Source of the DNA: the human T2T-CHM13v2.0 reference genome, Homo sapiens
Length of the DNA stretch: 64,000 nucleotides
Direction: 5' to 3' (one strand)
Assembly (NCBI RefSeq): GCF_009914755.1
Contig: NC_060939.1
Made by a program: the position numbers and the translations under genes. Below the pieces are notes generated by a model that did not search any database, had not been told where the DNA came from, and saw only the letters and a list, made by a program, of their open reading frames with translations. Of this stretch, positions 1-13,834 are shown piece by piece; position 1 is the first letter of the stretch, and every line of letters begins with the position of its first letter.

Positions 1-3000
1 AATAAAACCTTCTTGCCACCTTTTCCCCTGTCCATGTCACTTCATGAGTCTTTGTGTCTCCACATGAATTTTAGGATTTTTAAAAATTTCTTTAAAAAAT
101 GATGTTGGGATTTTCACAGAGATTGTATTGAATCTATAGATTGCTTCAGGTAGTGTGGATATTTTAACAATATTAATTGTTCTATTCCATTAACACAGAA
201 AGTCTTTCCGTTTATTTCCATCTGCTTTAATTTCTTTCATCAATGTTTTACAGTTTAAGTGTACAAGTCTTTCACCTCTTTGTTTAAGTTTACTCCTAAA
301 TATTTTATTTTTTGGTTCTAATGGAAATGAGATTAATTTCTTAATTTCCCTTTTAGATAGTTCTTTTTTATTGTATAGAATTGAAATGATTTGTTTCTTT
401 TGTAGATTTTTAAATTTATAAATATTTAATTGACACATAAAGATCAAATATATTCAAGGTATATGAAATGATAATTTGATATACATATACATTGTATAAT
501 GATTACCACAATCAAATTAACACATTAATCACCATCCATGTTGTACATTAGTTACCAAGAATGTGTTTATCTTAGGGCTGAAAGTTTGTACCATTTGACC
601 AACATATTCCCCTTTTCTCTGACTTCAAAACCCTCTGACAACCACTGTTCTACTCTCTCCTTCAATGAGCTTTTTTTTTTTTTTTTCAGATTCTACATGT
701 AAGTGAGATCATATAGTGTCTGTCTTTCTGTGTCTGGCTTATTTCACCTACCGTAATGTCTATTAGGTTTATCTATGTTGCTGCAAAGGGCAAAACTTCC
801 TTCTTTCTTTGGCTGGATGATAATCTATCACATATATGTACCACAATTTTTATACTCATTCATCAATTGATGTACACTTGGGTTGTTTCCATATTTTGGC
901 TATAGTGAATGATGCTGCAGTGAACATAGCAGTATAGTTATCTTTTAGAGATACTTATTTCATTTCCTTTGGGTATATATCTAGAAGTGAGATTGCTGGA
1001 ACATATGGAAGTTTTATTTTTTATTTTTTGAAGAACATCTATATTGTTTTCCATAATGCCTGTGCCAATTTACATTCCCATCAATAGTGTGAAAGGGTTC
1101 CCTTTTCTCCACATCCTTACCAACACTTGTTATCATGTGTCTTCTCATAATGGCCATTACAGTAGGTATGAGGTGATGTTTCATTGCGGTTTTAATTTCA
1201 TTTTCCCAATGGTTGATGATGTTGAGCACCTTTTCATATACATGTTGGCTATTTCTATGTCTGTTTTGGGAATATGTCTGTTAAAATCTTTGCCAATTGT
1301 AAAAATCAGGTTGTTTGTTGTTTTACTGTTGACTTGCGTACTTCCTAATATATTATGAGTATTAACCCCTTATCATACATATGGTTTACTAATATTTTCT
1401 CCCATTCGATAGGTTACCTTTTAATTTGGTCAATTGTTTCTTTTGTGGCGCAGTGGAATTTTTAGTTGATATAGTCCCACTTGTTTATTTTTTGTTGCCT
1501 GTGCTTTTGTGGTCATATCCAAAAAATGATTGCCAAGACTGTTGTCAAGGTGTTTTTTCCTTATGTTTTCTTCTGGTAGTTTTACAGTTTCAGGTTTTAC
1601 ATTTAAATCTTTAATTCATTTCCAGTTAGTTTTAGTATATGTCATAAGACAAGACTTCAGTTTCTTTCTTTTGCATGTGGATATTTAGCTTTTACAACAG
1701 CATTTATTAAATAGACTTTTCTTTTCCCATTGTGTATTATTGGCACCCTTGTCAAATCTTAGTTGGCCATATATGTGTGAATTTATTTTTGGGCTCCCTA
1801 CTGTGTTCCATTGTTATGTGTCATGTTTTTATAGTACCATACTGTTTTAATTAATATGGCTTTGTAGTAGAGTTTGAAGCAGTGAGTGTGATGCTTCCAG
1901 CTTTGTTCCTTTTTCTCAAAATTACTTTGGCTATTTAGAGTCTTGTACAAGTACATACAAATTTGGTTTTGTTTTTTCCATTTCTATGATGAATGCCATC
2001 GGAATTTTAATAGGGACTTGATAGAATCTGTAGGTAATTTAATTATTTTAGATATTTTAACAATATTAATTTTTTAAAATTAATGTACATAGGTATATTT
2101 ACTTTTAATTCTCTTTTTCCATTTATTTCATCAATGTATTATAGTTTTCAGTGTACAGAGATTAAACCTCCTGGTTGAATTTATTCCTAAGTATTTTGTT
2201 TTAATTTTTTATAGTTATAAATGGGATTGTTTTCTTGACTTCCTTTTCAGATAATTCATTGTTACTGTTCAGAGATACCACTAGTTTTTGTATGTTCATT
2301 TTTTAATCTGCAGCTTTATGAACTCACTTATTCTAGAAGGTTTTTTTGAGGACATCTTTAGGATTTTCTCGATATAAGATCACGTCATCTGCAAACAGAC
2401 AATTTTACTTCTTCTTTTGCAATTTGGTTGCCTTTTATTTCTTACCTACTTACTCTAGCTAGTACTTTCAGTAATATATTGAGTAGACTCGGTGAGAGTG
2501 GGCATCCTTATTTTCTTTCTGATCTTAGAAGGAAAGCTTTCAATTTTTCACCATTGAATATGATGTTAGCTGTGCGATTGTAATATGTGGCATTTATCAC
2601 TGTGGTAGGTTCCTTCTAAGCATAATTTGTTGGAAGTTTTTATGATGAAGGATGTTGAATTTTGTCAATGCCTTTTCTGCATCTATTGAGGTAACCATAT
2701 GGTTTTTGCCTTTCATTCTGCCAATGTGGTATATCACATTTATTGATTTGCATATGTTCAAATATCACTGTGCTTGCTAACCATGAATTATCCTTTTAAT
2801 GTGCTGCCAGATTTAATGTGTTAGTATTCTGGCATTTATGTTCATCAGAGACACTGGATTGAACTTTTCTTTTAGTATCCACCTGTGGCTTAGGTATCAG
2901 AGTAATGCAGGCCTTCTAAAATGAGTATGCCTATTCAATTTCAATAAATTGGTATTAGTTCTTTTTCAAATGTTTGGTAAAATTTAAAACAGAATCCATT

Positions 3001-3170
3001 AGGTCCTGGGCTTTTCTTTGCTGTGAGATTTTTGAAACTATTGATTCAATTTTATTCCTTATTGATCGGTTAAGATTTTTTATTTCCTCTTAATTTAATT
3101 TTGACAAATTGTGTCCAGAAATTTATCTATTTCTTCAAGGTTATTCAATTTGTTGTAGTATAGTTGTTAA
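1..3170 (-). mobile_element. Old LINE-1 (L1M-type) ORF2 and 3' UTR fragments, antisense, probably at least two pieces
   Basis: Typical antisense L1 stretches (gtgagatcatatagtgtctgtctttctgtgtctggcttatttca; gtcatctgcaaacagacaattttacttc; ggtgagagtgggcatcctt). Minus-strand ORF 1014-1229 resembles the L1 ORF2 C-terminus (NEIKTAMKHHLIPTVMAIM). Confidence 0.85.
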
Positions 3171-3709
3171 AACTTACACAAATTAAGTTTTTTCTATAAT
3201 TTTTGACATATTTATAATATCATGTATTCATTTCTACAGCATTAGAAAGAATAATTTCTTCACCCTAAATTGTTCTTCAACTTAAATTATTCCACTCTTC
3301 TTTCTTCTCCTTGTACTCTTGGTAACCACCAGTCTTTTACTGTCTCTATAGTTTTAATTTTTCTAGAATGTCATACAATTGGAGTCATACAGTATATAAC
3401 CTTTCAAAACTGGCTTCTTTCAGCTAGCATTATGCATTTAAGATTCATTCATGCTTTTTTATGGCTTGGTAGTTAATGACCTTTTTATTGCTGAATAACA
3501 TTCTATTGTAAATATAGCACAGTTTGTTTATTCATACACTCGTTGAAGAACATTGTGATTGTCTCCAATTTTTGGCTGTTAGGGAATGAAGTTGCTGTAA
3601 ACATTCATGACTGGGTTTTTGTGTACACATGTTTCAAATCAGTTGGGTAAGTGCCTGGGAGTGTGATCATATGGTAAGGCTATGCTCAGCTTTGTAAGAA
3701 ACTTCCAAT

Positions 3710-6700
3710 TTGGTCAAGATGTCTGACTAGTTGCAGACAGATAGAACAGCTGTCACTGTGGGACTGGGATGACTGGCACAGTCCTAACAGGTCCTCAAGA
3801 CACAAAAGCTGGGCAGAAGCTGGGTGGGGCTACCGTGCAATGGGACTCGTTCCTCACCCCCAAGAACTTTGGGGGAATGGGTGAGTTGAACTGGCAAGAA
3901 GCAACCTACTCTTGCCACAAGCCTCTGGAATCCCACCGGGAGGAGACCCCTCAACCACTACAGACACAGAGTTGGCAGGGGAAGTGCTTAGAGGAGTGGT
4001 AGGAGCAGCATGGTAGCCGATATGGAGCCCAGAGGGTTTGTTGCAGGAACATCTATAGCAGAGCACGGCCAGGGATACCCATCTCTCCAGACTTGACTTG
4101 CCTCCATAGGAGACTTTAGCCCTAGGGGAACTGTCAGATATGAATTCTGCAGGGCAGTCTTCCCATCAGATGGGGCAGATCCAACCTTAGTACCCCCTGG
4201 TCTGCTGACCTCTCCCAGTGCTCCAGCCTGGTTTTTTTCTGCTTGCAGTACAGACTCAGGTTCCCTGGGGACCCGCATCTTAGCTTCTGCAATGGCAGAC
4301 CATATCTAATTGGTGGAGAGCTCCAGCGGGGTGGCCCCTAGGGCCATGCACCAACCTGCCTGCTCCCTCCCTCTGCTGCAGCTTCTTCCAAGCCCATGGC
4401 CAACCACCCCTGCCCCCTGACATCATTTGGCTGGCTTGTATGTGTGCAGGTGGATTTTCCCTTCCCTTCACCACCAGCTTGTGTGAGCACGTGTACGCTG
4501 CCCTGCCTCTGCTGCCAGCAGGAGTGCACTCTGCTCCCCTTCCTCGGCCATACTACCATTGCAGTCAGAGCTGTAGTGGGCACAGAGCCCACCAGTCCTG
4601 CCTCTGTCAGTGACCTGCCCCTGTGCCAACACTGCCACCAGAATGAAACTAGGCACTGAAAACAATGAACCCTCCCCTGCCCTGAGTAGCCACAGAGGGT
4701 GCACACACACCTGAACCCACCAGTGTCCTGCCCCCATACTAACACCACCATCAGTGCACCAATGCACACAGTCACCAATGGGGGCCTGCTGACCCCCCAA
4801 GTTATGCTGACTCTACCCCTGCTGTCAATGCCTTCATGGAGGCAGGCATCTCAGCACCTGCTAGCAGTCTGCTGCAGCTGACAAGCATGCATCCTGATTT
4901 AATACTGCTGGTTCTGGTGCTGCTGAGGGCACCTGTGAATGAGGACAGACCCCCCCCCCCTACTGCCACCACACTACAAAACCCTTTGACTAGCACCATT
5001 CCATCAACGTGTAGTGACCAGCAGTCCAGGAGCACCTTAGCACCCCCATCACAGTCTGTTCATAATCTTGAGAAGTCAGAGAACAAAGTAGGGTAGGATA
5101 TAAGTCCCCCAGAATTAAAACATGCAGCTGGGGAGATGACAGCTGAACCTTGGTCCCCAAAATCTTCCAGAAATAAAGCCAGTTGACTGAACCCACTTTA
5201 TAACACAATCAAACTCTCAAAGTCATCTAATAAGATAAAAAAAAAATCCAAAGGACAAGAACTTCAAAGATTGAAAAAACACTAGCCCACAAAAATGAGA
5301 AAAAAACAGTGCAAGAACTCTGACAAGTCAAAAAGCCAGCATGCTGTCTTTCCTCCGAATGCCTCCACCAGCTCTCCACCAAAAGTTTTTAACTGAACTG
5401 GGTTGGCTGAAGTGACACAAATAGAATTTGGAGTATGGATAGAAATGAAGAGCAACAAGGTACAGGAGTATGTTGAAACCCAATCCAAGGAAGCTAAGAA
5501 TCACAATAAAACAATGCAGGAGCTGACAGACAAAATAGACAGTATAGAAAAGAACATAACTGACCTGATAGAACTGAAAAACACACTGCAAAAATTTCAT
5601 GATGCAATCACAACTATTAACAGCAGAATAGACCAAGCAGAAGAAATGATATTAGTGCTTTAAGACTGGCATTCTGAAACAAGACAGGCAGACAAGAATA
5701 GAGAAAAAAGAATGAAAAGGAAGAAACAAAACCTCTGATAAATATGTTTATGTAAAGAGAACAAATCTATGATTCACTGGTGTCCCTGAAGGAGATGGGG
5801 AGAATGGCAGCAACTTGGAAAACATATTCCAGGATATCATTCATGAGAACTTCCTCAACCTAGCTAGAGAGGCTAACATTCAAATTCAGAAAATACAAAA
5901 ACCCATTTAAGGTACTTCACAGGAAGATCACCTCCAGGACACATAATTATCAGATTTTCCAAGGTTGAAATGAAAGAAAAAAATGCAAAAGGCAGCCAGA
6001 GAGAAAGGTCAGGTCACCTACAAAGGGAAGCCCATAAGACTAAGCAGACCTCTCAACAAAAACTCTACAAACCAGAAGAGGTTGGGGGCCAATATTCAAG
6101 ATTCTTAAAGAAAAGAAATTCCAAACTAGAATTTTACATCTAGCCAAACTATGCTTCATAAGTGAAGGAGAAATAAGATCCTTTTCAGACAAGCAAATGC
6201 TGAGGGAATTTGTTACTACCAGACTGACCTGCCTTACAAGAGCTCCTGAAGGAAGCACTAAATAAGAAAAGGAAATATCATTACCAACCACTTCAAAAAT
6301 ACACTGAAGTACATAGACCAATGACACTAGAAAGCAGCCACACAAACAAGTATGTATGGTAACCAACTAACAGCATGATGACAGGATCAAATCTACACAT
6401 ATCAATACTAACTTTGAATGTAAAAGGGGTAAATGCCCCAATTAAAAGGCACAGAGTGATAAGCTGGATAAAAAAGCAAGACCCAATGGTATGCTGTCTC
6501 AAGAGACATGCAGTGACACGCATAGGCTCACATGCAATGACACGCATAGGCTCACATGCAATGACACACATAGGCTCACATGCAATGACACCCATAGGCT
6601 CATATGCAATGACACCCATAGCCTCAAAATAAAGGGATGGAGGAAAATCTACTAAGTAAATAGAAAACATAAAAAATACAGAGATTGTAATCCTAATTTC

Positions 6701-7070
6701 AGACAAAACAGACTTTAAACCAACAAAGATAAAAAAAGACAAAAAAGGGTAATGACATAATGGCAAAGGGTTCAATTCAACAAGTAGTGCTAACTATCCT
6801 AAATATACGCGCACTTAACACAGGAGCACCCTGTTCAAACAAATTCTTAGAAACCTACAAAGAGACTTAGACTCACACACAATAATAATGAGAGACTTCA
6901 ACACCCTACTGACAGTATTAGACACATCACTTAGGCAGAAAATTAGCAAAGATATTCAGGACCTTAACTCAGCACTGGATCAAATGGACCTGATAGATGT
7001 TTACAGAACTCTCCACCAAAAAGCAACAGAATATACATTCTTCTCATCACCCCATGGCACATATTCTGAA
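3710..7070 (+). mobile_element. LINE-1 (older L1PA/L1PB-like): 5' UTR, degenerate ORF1 and ORF2 endonuclease domain, abruptly truncated at the 3' end
   Basis: 5' end ggtcaagatgtctgactag. ORF1 coiled-coil peptide 5403-5663 (NTLQKFHDAITTINSRIDQAEE). ORF2 start MMTGSNLHISILTLNVKGVNAPIKR at 6375. EN motifs DFNTLL and YTFFSSPHGTYS, ending ~7067 with no RT or polyA. Confidence 0.92.
6506..6625. repeat. 5 x 24-bp tandem repeat inside L1 ORF2
   Basis: Unit acatgcaatgacac(g/a/c)cataggctc repeated five times; reads (HAMTRIGS)n in ORF 6375-6632. Confidence 0.95.
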
Positions 7071-7101
7071 ACTGTTTCATGGAGGAAACTGTTTCATGGA
7101 G

Positions 7102-7263
7102 AGGAAGCCACAGGGCTGACAGGAAACCAGACCTTAACCTCCCTCTGCACCTGCCCTGAGGCTGGCTCTTGTGCTCAGTGGGTCCTGAGCGTCCCCAGGT
7201 GGTCCTGTTCCCTCTTCAGGGAGGCTTGTTTCTGGGCTCATACTGACATTTTTTCTAATTGTG
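7102..7263 (-). pseudogene. IGHV 3'-flank relic with a decayed RSS (clan III-like) and no recognisable V exon
   Basis: ggcttgtttctgggctcatactgacattttttctaattgtg (7223-7263) resembles a reverse-complemented IGHV RSS (compare 56519-56557). It is preceded by ctgcacctgc and gtcctgagcgtccccaggtgg, typical of sequence downstream of V segments. Confidence 0.5.
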
Positions 7264-10200
7264 TTCCCCAAAATGGAGACAGAGTAAACCGTGAATCCAT
7301 GCATCTCAGAGAACACAGAACAGCAGAATTACACCCACTGATCCCCCCACACACATTTAGGTAAATCTTATTAAAACTGCTGAAAAGGAAAGACAAATAG
7401 AAATATATGCAGGCAAGTGGAGGTGAGCAGAGGGGGCATTCCTTCCAAAAGAACAGAAAAGATGATGACAGCATTCTTCTGGTTAAAACCTTACAAGCAA
7501 GAGGAAAGTTGATGGTATCTGTAAAGTGTTGGATGAAAAGTCAACCCATTATTTTATAACGCATGGGTGTTCTCTAAAAAGTGAAAAAAAATTCTATTTC
7601 TCTTCGACAGCATGAGGGTTTCAGTGAATCCAGGCCCTCATGAGACCAGTGAAAATTATTTTGAAAAATTACAGGGTTTGGAAAGGCTCTAACAGCATAA
7701 AGCAAGTGAAGAAATATTTATTCAAGAAAATCTAGAAAACTCGGTAAGGCCAGTCATCATGCTTGATCTAAGATGATCTTCCTTCCTTCCACATCCCAGC
7801 TCAGCATGATGTAAACTCCACTGCCGACAGATGCAGCCAAGAAGACAGGACACCTTCTACCAACTCCCACCAGAGGAAACTCTTCCCCAGGGCCCAGTAC
7901 GTTGGCCCTCTGACCCTGCACACAGCACATGATGCTGAGGTTCAGTGCTGAACAAGAGCTACCGAGAGCCAGAGACTCACTTCTTCCATGGAGCCCCACT
8001 CATGGATGGAGGCTCTGCCCCGGGTCCAGTGCCACTGGGAACACTGGGTCTCTGGTTTCTAGCTCTGTCCTATGGCAGAGGTTCCACCCCACAATAACCG
8101 AAGTGCTGAGAAGGTGGGAAGCTCCTGCCCGACCCTCCACTGAGAGCTCAGCTCCTAGGCTGAGGAATAAAACAGCTCAACTTTGTCTACACCTGCAGAA
8201 CCTTGTTTAGGAGCTCTGTCCCAGGAGAGAGGGAGCAATGGAATTCAGTCATAAAATATGATCCTTAATTAGTCCTAAAAATCCTAACTTCAGTAACAAC
8301 AGAATGTGGACAAATTGAAAGCCTGCCAGTGCTCTCAAAAACAGTGGATGGTGTGGTGGAAAGCCCTTGGAAGGAGATGGGTGGATGCATGGGAGATGCA
8401 GGCTACACTGCAGGGCTGCTGGCTTGCAGGAGAGAACCGAGAATGAGGGAGAGCTGGGGAAAGTTCTCTTGTGGTTGAAACAAATGCCAGACACTCTTCA
8501 ATGGAGCCCATGTTTGTTTGGTTCAGTCTGTGAAGTAATTCAAACCTCAGTGCATGATTGAAAATAGTACAATTTTCCATCTGCAAGTGGCAGCCCTGGA
8601 TGACTGGATGGTCTATAATTGGGACACGTATCTAGACTCAACGATGCCTGGATGGAAAATGTGCAGGCTGCTCCACTGATGTCAGCTGTTTCATCACAGT
8701 TTTATGATTTAATAAAAGTCATATTTTTTTTCATTTTTGCACATCAAATTTTTTTCTGTGATCCATATTCCTAAGCCCATCTTTGAGCTCACAGCCCTTT
8801 CCCAAGAAATCAACATCTAGACCTCCCTCTTCTCGGGGCTCCGAGGTGATTCCTGAGTGGCATCCTCTCCACCTCCCTGCTGGGAACAGAGCCAGTTGCA
8901 GGGCTCACGGGCAGCCTTAGAATGTCTGCTCCTCCGGGGTGTCCCCCTGCTTCTCACTGGAGAAGAGGCCTCTGGGGTGGTCACAGCCTCTTTCTCCACA
9001 TGAACCCTGAGAGTTCTTCCTGAGCTACACAGCTGGGGGAAGACTGCCCTAAGAGACGTGAAAAGAGAGACATGGGAAGTGAGGTGTCTCAGCTCTTGTC
9101 TCCCCTGGGTGGTGTGGCCTGACCTCACCAGAGCCCCAGCCTAACCCACCTGACCTGTCCCCAGGAGCTGTACTGAGCGATGGCTGCACCTGCTCAGTTA
9201 CCTGTGGGGCCCAGTGCCTCTGAGAGAGGTGCCCAGTGAGGGCTCTGCAGGGCTCCCCCCGAGCAGGAGCTGGGCTGAGGGAAATCAGCAGGAGGTAGGG
9301 GCTGCCCAGGCCCTGGGGAGGCAGGCAGCGTGGAGAGGACACAGAGGTGCACTGGGAGGGCGCAAGCCAGTCAGGACCACCCTCTCAGCTCTGAGAAATG
9401 AGCTATGCTCACGGAATGCTCACAGTCAAATCCTGCTGGGAGGGCCATCCTCTGCTCGGGTTCTCTACTGTCCAGGGCAGGAATGACTCATGTGGCCATT
9501 CAGAGGCGAGGCCCCACCAGGAAGCATCCACTGACTGCCCAAGGCTGTGCATCCCCATAGCGCTGAGCTCATGTCCCTGACCTGTGGCCTCTGGGCCCAC
9601 ACTCTGCTCAAAGTTCCCTCAGGGGGATGAAGGGAGAGGCGGGCCCTAGGGCAAGGGTGCCCAGGAGGAGAGAAGGAAAAGGCAAGCATGTCTTCATCAG
9701 TGGGGTTTTCTCCTGAGAGCAGAATTCATTTCCACACCTTCCAAGTTCCCTCTTGTGGCTGGCACTTCTCTGACCTGGAGCCCCAGATGGCGGGGCACTC
9801 AGAAGAGGGAGGGTCATTCCTGGGAGCAGATAAGGCCTCCTCCTTCTCCAGCTCCTGAATCAGAAACTGAGGCCTCCCCTGGACCTTCCCTGCTTATGAC
9901 TGGGGCCTCCCACGTGCAAAGCACACCTTCATCTTGCACTGAAGTCTCAGGACCTGGAGAGCACCTCCACACGGGGGGCTGGATCCTCCTGGAACTGTAA
10001 GCCTTGCCCAGAAAGCCCTGAAGGGGAGCAGGGAGGCGGCAGCAGCACAGCCTTCTTCAGCTTCCAGGGGAAGGGATGAGGGAGGCGGGTGGACGAGCTT
10101 CCAACCGGCATGGCATGGGATGCTGAAAAACGCGATGGGCTCTGGCCTATTGGAGCCATCTCTCCTTGTCCTGTACCTGCCCCTTGGGGGTTTAGGGCAG

Positions 10201-10399
10201 AGGAAATGTTGGCTTGTTGTGTGAGTCAGATAAACAGGTGGGGAGAATGGGCCCGTATGCCCTGGTTTGCACAGGAAAGGTGTGCTCACCAGCAAGTGTT
10301 TCTTCTAGAAATTAAGTAATCCTGGGACAGGCTTTTCCTCCCCAGTTCCACAAGACTCCAAGATGTCAGAGTATCATAAACACGGAGAATAAGGACACA

Positions 10400-13330
10400 G
10401 GATTAACCCAACCCAACCTCTGATGGTTTCATGTCATGTGAAGGAATTTTTGGAGTGTTGATGCTGAAGAGTTTACAGAGTGTGGCTACATCAGTTGCCC
10501 TAAAGGATATAGAAAACATTTTACTGTGAGAGTAGAGAGGAGGAACACAAGTAGAAGTATCAAGAGTCGCTGCCAGCCAGCCCATAAATAGGTTTCCCAT
10601 TTGTATGACAGCCAAGAAACCTGGTCTGAGACAGCTGGGGTCGCAAACAATGTCTTGGTGCAGTTATAAATTTCTTTATGCATGTATTTTTCTAACAATA
10701 ATATTTTGGTGTCTTTCTTGGGTCAAGGTGGCAGGTCCTCTAGTCACATTGTTGGAGTGCATGGATGGATGGGTTAGTAAATTATTTCTCAAGATTAGTG
10801 GTAATCAAAAGGTGGAAGTGTTGGTGGTGGTCGTAGTTCAGAGATGCGGGTTGGGAGTGGGAAAAGTTACTGGGGAGTGGGTGGTTCTCTCCTCATGGTG
10901 TCAAAGGGTTGATGGATATGAGGCAGGTTCCTTTGTGTGCAGCAATGACCTCTGCTGATTTTCAGACTGACAGAGATGGTAGTAACCACTATCAGATTTC
11001 TCTGTATGAACAGAAATGTAGTGTAGCATGTTGTGGCAAACAGCAAGGAGTGCACTGGGATCCTGGACCAAATGGACAGCAAGCTCAGGGAGCACAATAG
11101 GATCCCTAGTATCCAAGGGACAAAAGCAAGGCATGTCCAATGCCTTATTGTTTCATTGAGAGACTTCCCAGGCCATGACTGGTGTTAAGGTTTAGGGCAC
11201 AACTGTCTCCAGCTCGCCGGGGAAAAGCCAAAGCCACCTCCAGCTTTGAGCCCTGGGCCAGGCCGATGTGCTCTAGGATGGGGTACTAGGGTGTCCTTTC
11301 CAGGTGGGCATGTGCTCAAGCGGACTGACTGGCTATCAGCACTTGCCGTGTTTGGTTGAAGTGATGGCCTATTTGGAGGTTTCTGCCCTTTGGATTATAA
11401 CAAATAAGTCCACAATACAAGCAGCCACATGGACAATGGTGAGACCAGCAGTCAACAGAGGGGTGCTTGGCTGCAGTTGGCAGGTGTTGATGTTGTTTTC
11501 ATTTGTTTTTTGAGTTTGTTTTTGTGGAACTTTACGTTCAAATGGGCTCATATCAGATGAGCAGCCGACTGACCCACGGGACCCTCTATGGCTAATCATC
11601 CGAGGAGAGTTTTTACCCTCAATAGGTTCTCCAGCCCTTATGAGATAAGAGCAACATCAAACATTTGTAAAGATATGGAAATAATATTTTAAATAGCCTC
11701 AATAATGCAATGAATATAAGCCTATAAGTATCTCAAAGGGTGATGGAGAAGTCCTGAAAGCTGGGATGAGGGCGACTCAGCTAAGAGCCTTGAATTTAGG
11801 GAGAGTTAGTTCTACAGAAGTTGGAGATCCATTGGGTGTCCATTTACTGGAGTGGAATTTGAAGGAATTGTTTGAGGAGATCAGTATGTCTCTGAGTTAA
11901 ACCAGCCCATAATTAAGTTCTATTGAATGGGGCCTAAGAGGCATGAAGTTCTATCAAGTGGCTTTTTCTGTATCCAGCATTGTGTGTTTTGAAAAGTAAA
12001 ATGTGTGACTTGGTTACTGTCAGCAAAGTATGCAATTTTGAAGGACATTAGTGTCCCACCAAAGCCTCGTATTGTGAACTTATTATGTGCAGAGATATGA
12101 GCCACTTGATTTATATTTTCAGTGTCTGGGAGGCAAGAGACTTTCAGATTTCCTTACCCTGAAGACAGCTCTTAAACAACGTCTGAGCTGTTTATAATAA
12201 ATGTGGAAATGGAGCCATTGGTTCGATAGGGCACCCAATGCTGGTGTGACTGCCTGATGTCTGCCTAATTTTGGGGATCCCCAGCCCCATCCTTTGTTGG
12301 GACATATGGCCAAGAGAGGGAGAGCAGAAGCATGCCCCAAGCCCCATCACTTGTCATCCTTGCAGCCCGCAAATGCCAGTCACTGTCCACTCAGTGAGTC
12401 CCAGCGTTCTTCCCATGTGGCCGAGAGGTGGCCTCCTCCAGCACTTGGGCACCTGCCAGGTGACTGTGGATATAGGAAGCCAGTCCTGCTGCAAGCAGAA
12501 ATGACAGAGGGCCTGGGTGTTGCTTTATCCTGTCTTAAGAAGGCCTCTGGAGCCATGCTAAGTGTGTGGGGTGCTGTTCCCGTGACCCCAAACACAATAG
12601 TTAGCTGGATGTGTCCAAATAGTCCAGGTTGTAGACAGCAATGTTCAGTTGAATGATTTATAGTCCAAGGCCAAAGGGAGCAGTTACTTGCCTTGGAAAC
12701 TGTCGAGCATCTTAAGGCCACATTGATCGCCCAGAGACACCAGGAGGCATGAGAAGGGTTTGCCAAGTTTCTTTAGTGAAGGAGTTTCTGAGGATACTAA
12801 CAGAAGAGCCTGTTGATTTTAAATTAGGCACACTGTTGAGCCTTTTGTTGAAGGAAATTTCATTTAGGGGAGGTGATTTATAAGTAGCAACAACAGCGAG
12901 GCTAGTTGAAATTTATGGGTGAGGAATATGTTGCACCAGAACCCACAAGGAACAGCAGGATGTGGCATTTGTATGTCCTTAATGAAAGTATGGGGAGCAT
13001 CTCCTCAGAGGAGGTGTCAGCAGTGCTGCGGAGGAAGGCAGATGCAGTGAGGAGCCAGCCTGCGAAGCTCTCATGTGGTGGCCACGCCGCTGAGGTGCCC
13101 GCGTATCCTGAGAAGGGTGTCCTTCCCAGGCAAAGACAATCTGCAGCTAAGGGGCTGCTGAGATGGGCGCTGAGTACAACCAATTAGACACATCTGGAAG
13201 AGCAAAGTCTGCACTGGCTGTTGGTTAAAGCCAGTCGTTTTGAGAACATTGGGAGTATGGGGCCCTAATGGGTGGGGCCACGGCATGAAAGTTGTGACAA
13301 TCCAACATAGGGCAACCTTCATGCTATTGT
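10400..13330 (-). mobile_element. Degenerate ERVL-class endogenous retrovirus internal (pol) sequence
   Basis: Minus-strand GGGTTCTGGTG-CAACATATTCCTCAC (~12920-12946) gives GFWxQHIPH, the ERVL RT motif. HASWCLW resembles DAVWSLW. ORF 11920-12105 TIRG...DSNQVTHFTFQNTQCW resembles integrase TIRG...SDQGTHFTAKEVQQW. Outer boundaries are uncertain. Confidence 0.7.
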
Positions 13331-13834
13331 CTTTTCTTCTTCACCGGTTTAAGAACAGGCAAGATTTGGCTGTGAAATAGAGAAGCAATGGGAAAAATCA
13401 CCTCTTTATTGATTAGATTTGTATAATAGTTTTTAATCTTCGAAGGTCCATTTTCACTTCTGTTGGAATATATTAACTACATAAACTGGAACTCTTTGAG
13501 TTCCATTTTATCAAGCCAATGCACAAGTGCCAAACACCTCATTCCATTTTAATTTAATTCATTGTGTCAGAGTGTATGCCCAATATGAGATATTTTAGGA
13601 CAAAGGACATTATGATCATGTGAAATCTAGGCAAGGCAACCGCTAAAGTGCGGTGTGTCTATTTCTTCTTCCAAATATATTGATTTCTATTTAATTATCT
13701 TAAGTTCACATGGGATACATGTTTAAATCTTGAAATCTAATGAATTTCCTAGGTATAGCTATTATTGGAGCCCTGGTATTGATCACAAAGTTTGCCAATT
13801 GGTGCAATCCCAAAAATGCTAAAGTGAAATTACA

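Noticed and set aside
6888-7364. 158-aa ORF as a novel chimeric protein
   Set aside because: An L1 endonuclease fragment reading across a rearrangement junction into non-coding sequence; no sign of promoter or splicing.
9160-9215. CAGGTGCAGC (QVQ) after an acceptor-like site on the minus strand
   Set aside because: No downstream Cys, Trp, YYC or RSS; compatible with chance.
10400-13330. ADAM6 or another cellular processed pseudogene
   Set aside because: No metalloprotease or disintegrin motifs seen; the recognisable motifs are ERVL RT and integrase.
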